Shown: positions 50,900 through 60,970 of the stretch, one piece after another | Position numbering within the stretch: position 1 is the stretch's first letter | How the letters are laid out: the number at the start of each line of letters is the position of its first letter | From: an uncultured bacterium | GTDB lineage: Bacteria > Zhuqueibacterota > QNDG01 > DSAB01 | Reading direction: 5' to 3' | NCBI GenBank assembly: GCA_964537715.1 | Contig: CAZIAH010000003.1 | Location: forward strand, 15,331 to 79,330 | DNA length: 64,000 nt | Notes under the pieces: model-generated | Told to the model about the DNA's origin: nothing | What the model saw: the letters and a program-made list of their open reading frames with translations, nothing else | The model's database searches: none | Made by a program: the position numbers and the translations under genes

Positions 50900-52705
50900 T
50901 TACCTTTCTTCGGAAATGAGTTTTAACAATGCTTTTGCTGCAACTTCGGGACCCGATGTTTCACACCCTTTTATTCCCAGCCGGGTTCGGATCTGCCCAA
51001 CAAAAATGCGGTTTTTAAAAAACGTTTCGAAATACTTTTGGGCAATTTTCTCGTGCAGTGCTTTATACTGCGGAGGGCCAAAAATATTGGCAAAATAGGA
51101 ATGAACGATTCCTGTCGAAGTAGTGGTACCCTTGCTCATGACGGTTCCTTCACGGAAAATCCGGAGAGCCTCCTCCGGCGTGGAAAACCTTTCGATGACA
51201 GGATGATCAGCATCGATCTCTTCATAATTATTGGCATACAAAACAAAATCAATGGGATACCCATGCATGATCACTTCGTAGGAAGAAACCGGCAGAATGG
51301 CACGCGCATTGATCTGGCTGGGACTCATGATGATCACCCGGTCGATCTGTCCGAAAGCATATCCAGGCTGCAAATCGTCCAATCGAACGAACGCGCCGAT
51401 CTCCGTCCCGTATCCTTTGATGGATTCATTTTTGTCAATACGGACAGATCCCATGTCATCCGAAACAATGGTGATATCCTGAATTTCGGAATCGCCCAAA
51501 ATTCGTAATGCTTCCAGGGTTTCTGATTTGCCGGCTCCGGTATCTCCCATGATCAGCACATTCGCCGGTCGATTGGAATGGCAGGTGATGCGAATCAAGG
51601 CACCGTGGAATGGGAATTCATTTCGCTGCATGATTTTGATATTGTGCAGGGTTAAAACCATCTTTTTCAAATATCCGAAATAGCCAAACTCGTCCCGGTT
51701 CGGCACCGCTGCAACCAACATTTGATTTTTAACATCTTCATAGAAGACCGTAGGAAATTCTGCCAGATTATCCAAGGAATTGCCCGGCACTCCAAACAGA
51801 TAGATCCCGTCGGGCTTTTGTTTGAGATCATCTTCGTTGGCGAGTTCAAATAAATTACAGAGTGAAAATCCGATCTCATAAAATTTCTGATGAAAATAGA
51901 TGAGAATCAATAAATCTCCGACTTTGGCCGGATAGCAGATCCATTCGTCCTTGCGAAGATTCACTACCTCCAAAGGATTGGTTTCGATGCGAATGAAACT
52001 TCCCGTTCTTTTATTCATGGGCGGGTTTAAAATCAAAGGCGGATTTAGAAGAATCTGATGAATGAGACCAATCCCGTTGAGCTGAGCATATGATTTTCCG
52101 AAAGGCGGCTTGTATCGGGATGAAGCGATTGAGGCGATTTCAGCACCGGCCCGAACCTGGCGGTAGACCACCGGGTGCTGACCGGTGATGTTTTCCTGTA
52201 CATCCCGATAGATCCTGCGCACAAGATGGGTCAACGATTCGATGGTGTCATTGAAAATCCGATAAGGCCGTTTCTCCAGTTCGGAATCCAGGGAAGAGCA
52301 GATAATAAAACGGTCAAAACTCCTCCAGTAATTGTACATAAATTCGACGAAATCATTAAACCGTCTTTTGTCTTTTAAAAAGCACACGGCACCATCGACA
52401 ATTTTTTCGACTTCTTTTTTCTTGATTTTCGTCAGATAAATCAAAACTTGTTTCAATATCTTCATATCTTTTTTCTGAATATTCTTCTTATCGGGGAAAA
52501 TATCGAGCAGAACGGAATTCCGATCAGACAGATGATCCACTGTTCTGGAAAGAAATGCATGAAACAGAGGACTAGATAGCAATTCTTCCGGCGAATCACA
52601 GAGTTTGTTTCCTGCATGAATCACGATCTTGTTTTCGATAAATTTATAAATCTGTGGCTGGTCCTCCGTAGCACCCTGATCCATTTTTTCTTTTTGAGTT
52701 TTCAT
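50900..52705 (-). CDS. Uncharacterised 601-aa protein with a C-terminal HprK/P-like P-loop kinase domain
   Basis: VLIMGDTGAGKSETLEALRILGDSEIQDITIVSDD resembles the HPr kinase C-terminal Walker A (GDSGVGKSE...ADD); the N-terminal 400 aa are unassigned. Confidence 0.5.
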   Translation of the reverse strand: MKTQKEKMDQGATEDQPQIYKFIENKIVIHAGNKLCDSPEELLSSPLFHAFLSRTVDHLSDRNSVLLDIFPDKKNIQKKDMKILKQVLIYLTKIKKKEVEKIVDGAVCFLKDKRRFNDFVEFMYNYWRSFDRFIICSSLDSELEKRPYRIFNDTIESLTHLVRRIYRDVQENITGQHPVVYRQVRAGAEIASIASSRYKPPFGKSYAQLNGIGLIHQILLNPPLILNPPMNKRTGSFIRIETNPLEVVNLRKDEWICYPAKVGDLLILIYFHQKFYEIGFSLCNLFELANEDDLKQKPDGIYLFGVPGNSLDNLAEFPTVFYEDVKNQMLVAAVPNRDEFGYFGYLKKMVLTLHNIKIMQRNEFPFHGALIRITCHSNRPANVLIMGDTGAGKSETLEALRILGDSEIQDITIVSDDMGSVRIDKNESIKGYGTEIGAFVRLDDLQPGYAFGQIDRVIIMSPSQINARAILPVSSYEVIMHGYPIDFVLYANNYEEIDADHPVIERFSTPEEALRIFREGTVMSKGTTTSTGIVHSYFANIFGPPQYKALHEKIAQKYFETFFKNRIFVGQIRTRLGIKGCETSGPEVAAKALLKLISEER

Positions 52706-52947
52706 TCATGTTTTCCTTAACTTAAATAGTTATGGTATCATTCCTGTTGATTATATCAATTCTCGAAATTTCTTCCAATCGATATTTAACTTTCTCATTC
52801 GCGCCCGTAGCGTGTTTGGATTGACCCGAAGCAGCTGCGCCGCTCCCTTCTCTCCCTCGACGCGGCCTTTGGTATACCTCAAAGCCGGCTCGGTATGTTT
52901 TTTCACCACAACATCGAGAAAGGAAAAAGTAACGATCTGAATCGTTT

Positions 52948-54600
52948 CTACCTGTATCGGTACAGCTTGATGCGTTGAATATCAAATTTGTGATTGGGCA
53001 ATTGCAGATGCCTGCCCTGATGGCTCTGATCCCCATTCATTCGCCGGCCGGAAATCCAATGGTCTCCGACAAACCTGCCTTCATCTATCCGATCAATACC
53101 GGCTGTCGAATCTTCCGGTGAGTCGGTTTCAAAAGTCACAATCACGCCGCTTCCGGCAATGATGTATTCATCCGAACCGGTCGAAATAAGAATACATCCT
53201 CTGAGCGGCCACACCTCAGAATCCGGGGATCGGTAGGTCCATTTCGAAGTATAATCGTGAGACACACTCAGGGTATAGTTTCCCAATTTGATTTTCTGAG
53301 TTTGATTTTCCTCATCGACCAGTGCCCCTGCCATCAAGCCTTTCCCCTGACTTGCGAGTATAAGAGGAGTCAGCTGATTAAGAATACGATAACTCTGACC
53401 AATGGGATCATTTTCAGGATCCTGTGTCGATTCGATGGAAAAAGGTGAAAATCCCATTGCATCGTGTTGACCCATTGCATAAAATACATTCGCTGCGACC
53501 TGCCTGTCCCGTCTGGCTTCGGGGATAAACAGTGGATTCCCGGAACGATGATACTTTCCGCACCATTCGGCAAAGTTCGGAAAATAGATGTCCGGAGAAT
53601 AAAAATCGATCAACGGTCCGCCGGCCCGCCAGACATCCATGAGATGTGGCAGCGGACCTGCGCTTGGATACTGACCGGGTTTGTAGCCCGGCCGGATCAG
53701 CGCGGCATTGACAAACATTGGAAGTGGATATTCGGCTTTGCCGGCCTCCACAACTTCGTTCACGTAAAGAGCAAAGTACCACGCCATAAAAATTTCTTCG
53801 GTTCCAGCGCCTTTACCAAATACTTCTTCCCAGTTCCCGGACGATTTAAAACCCGTCTTCTCCCACACTTGCCGAAACTCGGGAATCAAACTGACTTTGT
53901 GTTTCTGCAGATACACCATCAATGCTTCAGGCACGGATTGATGATAGAGACCATTGGCCACAGCGCTCCGGTCGCGCGCTTCCGGGATCATGCCGATTTC
54001 ATTTTCAACCTGAATCATAATCACAGTATGATCCTGATCATCGACCTCGCGTATATGACGCATGAGTGTCCCGAAAGCATTTGCATCCGCTTTGCAACTC
54101 TCTTCGCTGAATACCGAAAGAATTTCCATCCCCCTGCCATTTTTATCTTCGGAACGGGGAAACCATTCCTGATTTGTTTTGACCCACTCAGGGGCATAAC
54201 AGGACATGCTGTTCTTCCAGCTTCCAAACCACAAAAAGGCCAGGCGCAGATGATACTGTCTGGCGCTGTGAATGATACTGTCCACAAGAGCGAAATCAAA
54301 CATTCCCTCCTCTGGTTCAATCAATTCCCAGTAAACCGGCACCAGAACGGTATTCAAATGCATGGCGACGAGCTTCGACCAGATCGGCTGCATGTACTTC
54401 AAATCAGAAGCACTGGAATTCCCCAACTCTCCTCCGAGGATCAAAAACGGTTTTCCGTCCACAATCAGTTGCGTGGCACTTCCCTGCTTTCGAAGATGAG
54501 GCCGATTTTGCTCATCAGCGCGGGACAATACAGAAGAAAATATTATCAATCCAAATATCATATAAAATACACGACGATTGACAATCGATTTTTTTCTCAT
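52948..54600 (-). CDS. Secreted clan GH-A TIM-barrel glycoside hydrolase, beta-galactosidase-like (GH35/GH42-type)
   Basis: Signal peptide; WELIEPEEGMFDF and IQVENEIG (catalytic Glu context); C-terminal beta-sandwich. Confidence 0.55.
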   Translation of the reverse strand: MRKKSIVNRRVFYMIFGLIIFSSVLSRADEQNRPHLRKQGSATQLIVDGKPFLILGGELGNSSASDLKYMQPIWSKLVAMHLNTVLVPVYWELIEPEEGMFDFALVDSIIHSARQYHLRLAFLWFGSWKNSMSCYAPEWVKTNQEWFPRSEDKNGRGMEILSVFSEESCKADANAFGTLMRHIREVDDQDHTVIMIQVENEIGMIPEARDRSAVANGLYHQSVPEALMVYLQKHKVSLIPEFRQVWEKTGFKSSGNWEEVFGKGAGTEEIFMAWYFALYVNEVVEAGKAEYPLPMFVNAALIRPGYKPGQYPSAGPLPHLMDVWRAGGPLIDFYSPDIYFPNFAEWCGKYHRSGNPLFIPEARRDRQVAANVFYAMGQHDAMGFSPFSIESTQDPENDPIGQSYRILNQLTPLILASQGKGLMAGALVDEENQTQKIKLGNYTLSVSHDYTSKWTYRSPDSEVWPLRGCILISTGSDEYIIAGSGVIVTFETDSPEDSTAGIDRIDEGRFVGDHWISGRRMNGDQSHQGRHLQLPNHKFDIQRIKLYRYR

Positions 54601-54725
54601 TTAGAAGGTCCTCCTGTTTGAAAAAACACCATGCAGTCAAAATATAAAATCCTTAAGGAACAACTTCAAATCTTTTTCAATTTATACAGATCATCCAACG
54701 ATAATCAAGACGATTCTTCTCTCTT

Positions 54726-56858
54726 CTATTTCAACAAAAGCATTTTCCGAACAGCCGTGTAACTGTCTGCCTGTATTTGATAGAAATAATATCCTGACGG
54801 TAAATTTTTAGCGATGAATGGAACCTGATAATTCCCCCTACCCCGATATGCATCCACAAGTTTGGCGACAAGCTGTCCCTTCAAATTGTAAACACACAAG
54901 GTTACCCGACTAAAATATGGGATTGAAAAAGCAATGGTCGTTTCCGGATTAAAGGGATTGGGATAGTTTTGCAGAAGGTTGAAAAAACATGCTGCCTCTC
55001 TTCGATGCTGAATAACCTCCATACTGGCTTTATAAATAAATTTCAGGTGATCCAAATTCGGAGCACTTTCAGAAGTGATGCCCGTAATCCTGAAAGTGTT
55101 TGGCCCCGAATTCAAATCCAGTTCCAGAAGCTCCGAATATGTCCAGTTTGTCCAACCGCTGGTGGAAGGGAAAGGAAACTGATCATTTTCTACGCTGCCA
55201 TTCACACGAATTTCACAGGGACGGTTATTGACCGATCCATTCGCATATCGAATATACAGATCCCACTCCCCTGAATCAGGGATGTCAATTGACAGTTCCA
55301 GGTAACTGCCCGCTTCGTTTGTCAGATTGACAAATCCAGTTCCGGTAAATCCTGCATTGTTGCTATCCACACTGCCATTCGACAGGGTACCCTCTTCGGC
55401 TTCATAAATAAAGAGACTGTCATTCACAAAGACAACAATGGGATCGGAGGATGTTGTGGCATTGCTGTCATCCCTAGCCACAACCGTCAGAATATATTTC
55501 CCTTTCTCGACATCCTCCCACGTATATTCCCATGGAATTTGAGTATCTGTGAACAATAAATGATCATTCTCATAAAATGCGACCTGCATAACCTGGCCGT
55601 CCATATCATTTGCATTAACACTTATTGTAATGTCTGTTCCAAGCCAGAAATAGGAAGAATCGACGGGCGAAGTGAAAGTAACGACAGGCGGAGTGTTTAC
55701 ATGCGGAACGAATCCGGATTCTTCCATTTGCCAGCACATCATTAAAAAGGCGCCCAGACCGTGCAGATCGTTGGTGTTCCGGCTACGGTTGACATAGTAG
55801 AAATAATCCGCACTGACGCTGGTCCCCTCGCTGATATCTTTCAGGTTGGCTAAATCGTCCGTGCCGATATAAAACTTGTCTCGCAGAATGCCTTCGTAGG
55901 CCTTCACTGCCATTTCCTGATAAATGGATGAGACATAGCCTTTGCTCACGGCTCTGGCCATAAAATAGGCGTACATGCACGAACAGGAGCTTTCCAGCCA
56001 GTTGTGCGGCTCATTTCCCATATTAACGATCTGAAACCACAATCCCGTAGATTCATCCTGAACTCGCGAGAGACCTTCAATGAGATCGGCAAGAATCGTA
56101 ATCAATTCTGGCCGTTTGGGATGGATCTCGGGAATGATTTCGAGAATTTCAACAATCGCCATTCCGAACCATCCCATGGCACGTCCCCAGAAATAGGGAG
56201 AGTGGTACGTCACCGGATCGGCCCAACTCGAAGATCCATCCTCGTCATAGGCATGAAAGAGCAGACCAGTCGTATCCTGCAGGTGACTGGCATACGTGAT
56301 AATCTGATTGGCGGCTTCGGTATAGAGTGTCGTATCGCCAAACACCTGACCGTATTTGGTCAAAAAGGGCAGGATCATATAGACACCGTCCGCCCACAAC
56401 TGTCCGGTCATGGTCGAACCGTGCCAGAATCCCCCGTCGGATGTTCTAGGATAGGTGCGGTAGATATTGCGTATATAATCTGCCGCTTTCTTGTATTTCT
56501 CCTCACCGGTTTCAACATAGCAGAGCAGTGTAATCAGACCCGGCTCACTGTTATCCAGACTTCCGATTCCCTGATCGATATTCCCTTGATCGTCTACATG
56601 AAGATCGACCCAGTCTCGAATATATTGAAAATAGCTGTTTTCGCCGGTTAACTTCCATAATCGGTATTGACCGAACAGATAAAATCCTCTTTGATAACTC
56701 CACATTCCCAGTTGAGCGGGGGTCATTCGGGTCATGGTCGATTCGACCACCTGTCTTCCCCATTCGACCTGACCGTAAAGACAGCTTTTAAATGTGATAA
56801 CAGTACAAATAGATATGATCAGTCTTGTCCATCTTCCCTGAAACACAATATTCCTCAC
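54726..56858 (-). CDS. Unsaturated glycuronyl/rhamnogalacturonyl hydrolase (GH105/GH88, Pfam Glyco_hydro_88) plus Ig-like plus CBM35/6-like domain plus T9SS C-terminal sorting domain
   Basis: GGFWHGSTMTGQLWADGVYMILPF (YteR-like catalytic Asp context); CBM-like ...YIRYANGSVNNRPCEIRVNGS...NLDHLKFI; CTD LLQNYPNPFNPETTIAFSIP. Confidence 0.6.
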   Translation of the reverse strand: MRNIVFQGRWTRLIISICTVITFKSCLYGQVEWGRQVVESTMTRMTPAQLGMWSYQRGFYLFGQYRLWKLTGENSYFQYIRDWVDLHVDDQGNIDQGIGSLDNSEPGLITLLCYVETGEEKYKKAADYIRNIYRTYPRTSDGGFWHGSTMTGQLWADGVYMILPFLTKYGQVFGDTTLYTEAANQIITYASHLQDTTGLLFHAYDEDGSSSWADPVTYHSPYFWGRAMGWFGMAIVEILEIIPEIHPKRPELITILADLIEGLSRVQDESTGLWFQIVNMGNEPHNWLESSCSCMYAYFMARAVSKGYVSSIYQEMAVKAYEGILRDKFYIGTDDLANLKDISEGTSVSADYFYYVNRSRNTNDLHGLGAFLMMCWQMEESGFVPHVNTPPVVTFTSPVDSSYFWLGTDITISVNANDMDGQVMQVAFYENDHLLFTDTQIPWEYTWEDVEKGKYILTVVARDDSNATTSSDPIVVFVNDSLFIYEAEEGTLSNGSVDSNNAGFTGTGFVNLTNEAGSYLELSIDIPDSGEWDLYIRYANGSVNNRPCEIRVNGSVENDQFPFPSTSGWTNWTYSELLELDLNSGPNTFRITGITSESAPNLDHLKFIYKASMEVIQHRREAACFFNLLQNYPNPFNPETTIAFSIPYFSRVTLCVYNLKGQLVAKLVDAYRGRGNYQVPFIAKNLPSGYYFYQIQADSYTAVRKMLLLK

Positions 56859-57017
56859 TAGAACAAGTCACTTTTTCTTTCTCTTTTCCTGAGAATACAT
56901 TGCTTCCTGAACCAGAGTAATTTTCCCTAAATAGTATACACAAACCAATGAATTAAGACAAGAAAAAACTTCATATATCGTCCATCTCGGAGGTGAACGA
57001 CATCCGTAATGATCCTT

Positions 57018-57045
57018 TTGCAAAAATATCAAAATTTGTTATATT
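57018..57045 (+). promoter_or_regulatory. Possible sigma-70-type promoter for the GH3 gene (TTGCAA-N16-TATATT)
   Basis: Read directly from the sequence about 55 bp upstream of ATG 57099; AT-rich intergenic region. Confidence 0.25.
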
Positions 57046-57098
57046 AAAATCATTCTAAAGTAAATCGCAATCCATTTTTTCAAAGAAAGGCAACCGCC

Positions 57099-59609
57099 AT
57101 GAAAAAATACATCGTTTTCCTGATCATTGTATTGACAGTCTTTATCGCTTCTTTCTGTGCGGCCGATATACCGGTCTATCAGAATCAAAGCGCTCCGATC
57201 GAAGACCGCATCGAGGATCTGCTCTCTCGGATGACTCTGGAGGAAAAAGCTGCCATGCTATCCGGTGACAGCACCCGGTTCGACTCCAAACCCAATGCAA
57301 GACTGGGAATTCCAGCACTTCGTATGACAGACGGACCTGTGGGTGTGCGTTGGGAAAGATCCACCGCATTTCCGGTTTCTGTATGCATGGTCGCAACCTG
57401 GAATCCTGATCTGATATACACGCTGGGACAGGCTCTAGGACAGGAAGCCAAAGCCAAGGGTCGTAATGTTTTGCTCGGACCCTGCGTCAACATCCACCGC
57501 GTACCGCAGGGAGGACGGAATTTTGAGAGTTTTGGAGAAGACCCCTATCTGGCCAGCCGGATTGTGGCGAATTACGTTAAAGGAGTGCAGAGTGGACATG
57601 TGATTGCAACGGTCAAGCACTTTGCCTGTAACAATCAGGAGTTTGAACGATCGAGCATCGATGTCAAAATCGACGAACGGACACTGCACGAAATCTACCT
57701 TCCGGCATTCAGAGCGGCCGTTCAGAAAGGCGGTGCCTGGGCAGTCATGTCCGCATACAACCGGATCAACGGTCAATACTGCAGTTCCAATACCCATCTT
57801 TTAACGGATATCTTAAAGAACTGCTGGGGATTCCAGGGTTTTGTCATGTCGGACTGGGGAGCCGTACACAGCGTTGTCCCAACGCTTTATGCCGGACTGG
57901 ATATCGAAATGCCGACAGGCCGATATCTCACAGTGGACAATGTCAGACAGGCTTTGAGAGAAGGACGCATGAAACCATCCAAGATCGACGACAAGGTGCG
58001 AAGAATGCTGAGAGCCATGTTCAGCACGGGAATCTATGATCAGACAGTTGTAGATTCCGGAGCGTGCGACACACCCGAACATCGTGCTATCGCACTCAAA
58101 GTCGCTCGGGAGGGAATGACCTTGTTAAAAAATGAAAATGACATTCTCCCGATTCGGGATTCAAAAGTCAAATCCATTGCGGTCATCGGACCGCTTGCGG
58201 CCAATTTGAGTTATGGAGGCGGTGGCAGCAGCCACGTTACACCGATTCATACCATATCTCCTCTCGAAGGGCTGCAGTCCAAAGCGGGGAAAAACTTTTC
58301 GGTCCAATACGCCGAAGGAACTTTTTTTCTGGATAATCTCAGCACGATTCCATCGGAGTGCCTGTTGCCTCCGGGAGAAAATAATGTGAAGCACGGTCTG
58401 CTCGGAACCTACTATGCAAACGACCATTTCGAGGGAGAACCGGTAAAAAAGCAAATCGACCCAACTATTGATTTTGACTGGAATTGGTCAGGTCCATCCG
58501 GTATGAATCCGGAATATTTTTCAGTGATCTGGGAAGGCCGGCTGCAGGCTCCCGAAGACGGTGACTTTGTGCTTGCCATTGGCAGCGATGATGGATCTAG
58601 ATTGTATATCAATGGTAAAATGGAGATTGACAACTGGGGTGGGCATGCGGTGTTGTACAAATTCGCCAAAATCCCTCTTGAAAAAGAAATCCCAGTGGAT
58701 ATCAGAATCGAGTACAATGAGCTTTCGGGAGGAGCCGGAATTCATCTGAAGTGGCAAAAAGCCGAGGAGAACCCGCTTGAAAAAGCCGTTGCACTGGCCA
58801 AAGCTTCGGACATGACCGTTCTTTTTGTCGGGAATACGCCGGATGTCGAAACCGAGGGAATGGATAGGGAATCACTAACTTTGTCTCCTTCTCAAGAAGA
58901 ACTGGTACTTGCAATTGCAGAAACCAATCCGAAAACCATTGTCGTTCTCCACTGCGGCGCGGGCCTTCAAATGGACAAATGGATCGAAAGAGTCCCGGGC
59001 CTGCTGTTGGCCTGGTTCCCCGGACAGGAAGGCGGCGATGCCATCGCGGATGTTCTGCTTGGCAATGTAAATCCTTCCGGCAAACTGGTGACGACCTTTT
59101 TCAAACGCTGGGAAGACTGTGCGGCTTACAGCAATTATCCAGGGACAGATGATGAAGTCAAATATGCCGAAGGAATTTTTGTGGGATACCGCCATTTCGA
59201 TGCGAAAGGTATCGAACCCTTGTTTCCCTTCGGATACGGTTTGAGTTATACCGATTTTGGATATTCGAATCTTTCCATCTCCCCAAAACGAATCAAACCG
59301 GGAGAAAGTGTTGCCGTGCAGTTCACTTTAAAGAATACGGGAAAATTGCAGGGTGCCGAAGTGGTTCAGCTTTATTTGGGGGATGAGAAAGCGAGTGTTA
59401 AACGTCCTGTCAAAGAACTCAAAGGATTTCAGAAAGTTGATCTAAAAGCAGGCGAACAAAAAATGATTTCAATGACGATACAACCTGATGATCTAAAATT
59501 TTTTGATATCTGTACAAGCGACTGGAAAGCAGAACCCGGAAAATTCAATGTATTCATCGGATCTTCATCCAGAGACATCCGGTTGAAAGGATCCTTTATA
59601 CTTCAATAA
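57099..59609 (+). CDS. bglX: GH3 beta-glucosidase with PA14 insertion (BglX-like)
   Basis: Signal peptide, GH3 N-terminal domain with nucleophile context FVMSDWGA, PA14 (GTYYANDHFEGEPV...), C-terminal FnIII-like domain. Confidence 0.9.
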   Translation: MKKYIVFLIIVLTVFIASFCAADIPVYQNQSAPIEDRIEDLLSRMTLEEKAAMLSGDSTRFDSKPNARLGIPALRMTDGPVGVRWERSTAFPVSVCMVATWNPDLIYTLGQALGQEAKAKGRNVLLGPCVNIHRVPQGGRNFESFGEDPYLASRIVANYVKGVQSGHVIATVKHFACNNQEFERSSIDVKIDERTLHEIYLPAFRAAVQKGGAWAVMSAYNRINGQYCSSNTHLLTDILKNCWGFQGFVMSDWGAVHSVVPTLYAGLDIEMPTGRYLTVDNVRQALREGRMKPSKIDDKVRRMLRAMFSTGIYDQTVVDSGACDTPEHRAIALKVAREGMTLLKNENDILPIRDSKVKSIAVIGPLAANLSYGGGGSSHVTPIHTISPLEGLQSKAGKNFSVQYAEGTFFLDNLSTIPSECLLPPGENNVKHGLLGTYYANDHFEGEPVKKQIDPTIDFDWNWSGPSGMNPEYFSVIWEGRLQAPEDGDFVLAIGSDDGSRLYINGKMEIDNWGGHAVLYKFAKIPLEKEIPVDIRIEYNELSGGAGIHLKWQKAEENPLEKAVALAKASDMTVLFVGNTPDVETEGMDRESLTLSPSQEELVLAIAETNPKTIVVLHCGAGLQMDKWIERVPGLLLAWFPGQEGGDAIADVLLGNVNPSGKLVTTFFKRWEDCAAYSNYPGTDDEVKYAEGIFVGYRHFDAKGIEPLFPFGYGLSYTDFGYSNLSISPKRIKPGESVAVQFTLKNTGKLQGAEVVQLYLGDEKASVKRPVKELKGFQKVDLKAGEQKMISMTIQPDDLKFFDICTSDWKAEPGKFNVFIGSSSRDIRLKGSFILQ

Positions 59610-59888
59610 ATATAAGATGGGATTGTATCAAAAGTCTATTTTATGTCGTTGCGAGGAGTCCCGATTATTCATTACATTTTCTAATAGAATATCGGGACGA
59701 CTTGGCAATCTCATTATTTATGCCTAAAATTTATGGGATTGTCCGCCAAAAAGATTGGCGGATTTTCAACTTCTCCCGATATTCTTCATTAATATTTTTT
59801 AGATTGAATCGGGATCGCAAAGACATTTTGGGGACTTTTAATGCAACCCTATCATAACATGTAAATGGAAATCGAATAATCCTACTCT

Positions 59889-60833
59889 ATGAATCAATTC
59901 CTTTTCACATTAACCACGATCGCCCCTGTTTTCTTAATCTGCTTCCTGGGCATTTTCTTAAGGAAAGTACGTTTGATCAATGACGATTTTGTCCGTATCT
60001 CCTCGCAGCTCGTCTTCACAGTGGCCTTACCGGCATTGATTTTCATTGAACTGTCCGAAACCGATTTTTTACAAATTTTTCAGGGATTTCAGATCCTCTA
60101 CGTTCTTGGTGCAACCACAATCGCATTTATCCTGATCTGGAGTCTCGCAAAATTCTTTATTTTTCGCGGTAAAGATTTGGGAGCATTTGTACAGGGAAGT
60201 TTCAGAAGCAATTACGCCATCGTGGGATTCGCAATCATCGTCAACCTGTTTGGTAAACATGCCCTCAGTCAGGCATCTGTGATTCTCGTATTTGTTATGC
60301 CATTGTACAATCTGCTTGCGATTATTGTATTGACCGCCACACGGCATCAGGGAAAACGGTTAAATATCATCAAAACAGGATTGCATATTTTAAGCAATCC
60401 CTTGATCATTGCGACAATCGTTTCCATGCCTTTTTCCACTTTCCGAATTCCCATTCCGAAAGTGGTATCATCGACCGCTTCTTATCTTTCTTCACTGGCT
60501 CTGCCATTGGCCCTGATTGGAATCGGTGGTTCACTGAATACGAAAAGCATCATCAAAGCTTCCAGAATGGCTTTCGTCGCTACGGTAATCAAACTTATTC
60601 TCATACCGGGAGTATTCACATATATCGCTATCTGTCTGGGCTTTCGCGGCGAAGATCTGGCTGTCATGTTCCTGCTGTTCGCCAGTCCGACCGCCGTGGC
60701 CAGTTTTGTCATGGCCAAAGCCATGGGAGCCAATAGCAAACTGGCCGGCAATATCGTTTTAATGACCACACTGGGAGCAAGCGTGACAATTACGCTGGGT
60801 GTTTTTATACTGAAGTCTTTAGGCTATATATAA
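59889..60833 (+). CDS. AEC-family (auxin efflux carrier/malate permease-like) transporter
   Basis: 10-TM layout with an internal repeat, typical AEC length. Confidence 0.75.
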   Translation: MNQFLFTLTTIAPVFLICFLGIFLRKVRLINDDFVRISSQLVFTVALPALIFIELSETDFLQIFQGFQILYVLGATTIAFILIWSLAKFFIFRGKDLGAFVQGSFRSNYAIVGFAIIVNLFGKHALSQASVILVFVMPLYNLLAIIVLTATRHQGKRLNIIKTGLHILSNPLIIATIVSMPFSTFRIPIPKVVSSTASYLSSLALPLALIGIGGSLNTKSIIKASRMAFVATVIKLILIPGVFTYIAICLGFRGEDLAVMFLLFASPTAVASFVMAKAMGANSKLAGNIVLMTTLGASVTITLGVFILKSLGYI

Positions 60834-60970
60834 TTCGAACTCTACAAATTTTAAAATGTAAAGAACCGCATCATGCTGAGTGTAGTCGAAGCATAAGCGG
60901 GGTCGAAGTATGGACAAAACTGATAAATGTTTGTCATCAAAATAATCTGGAGTGTATTTTCCGCTGTTTA

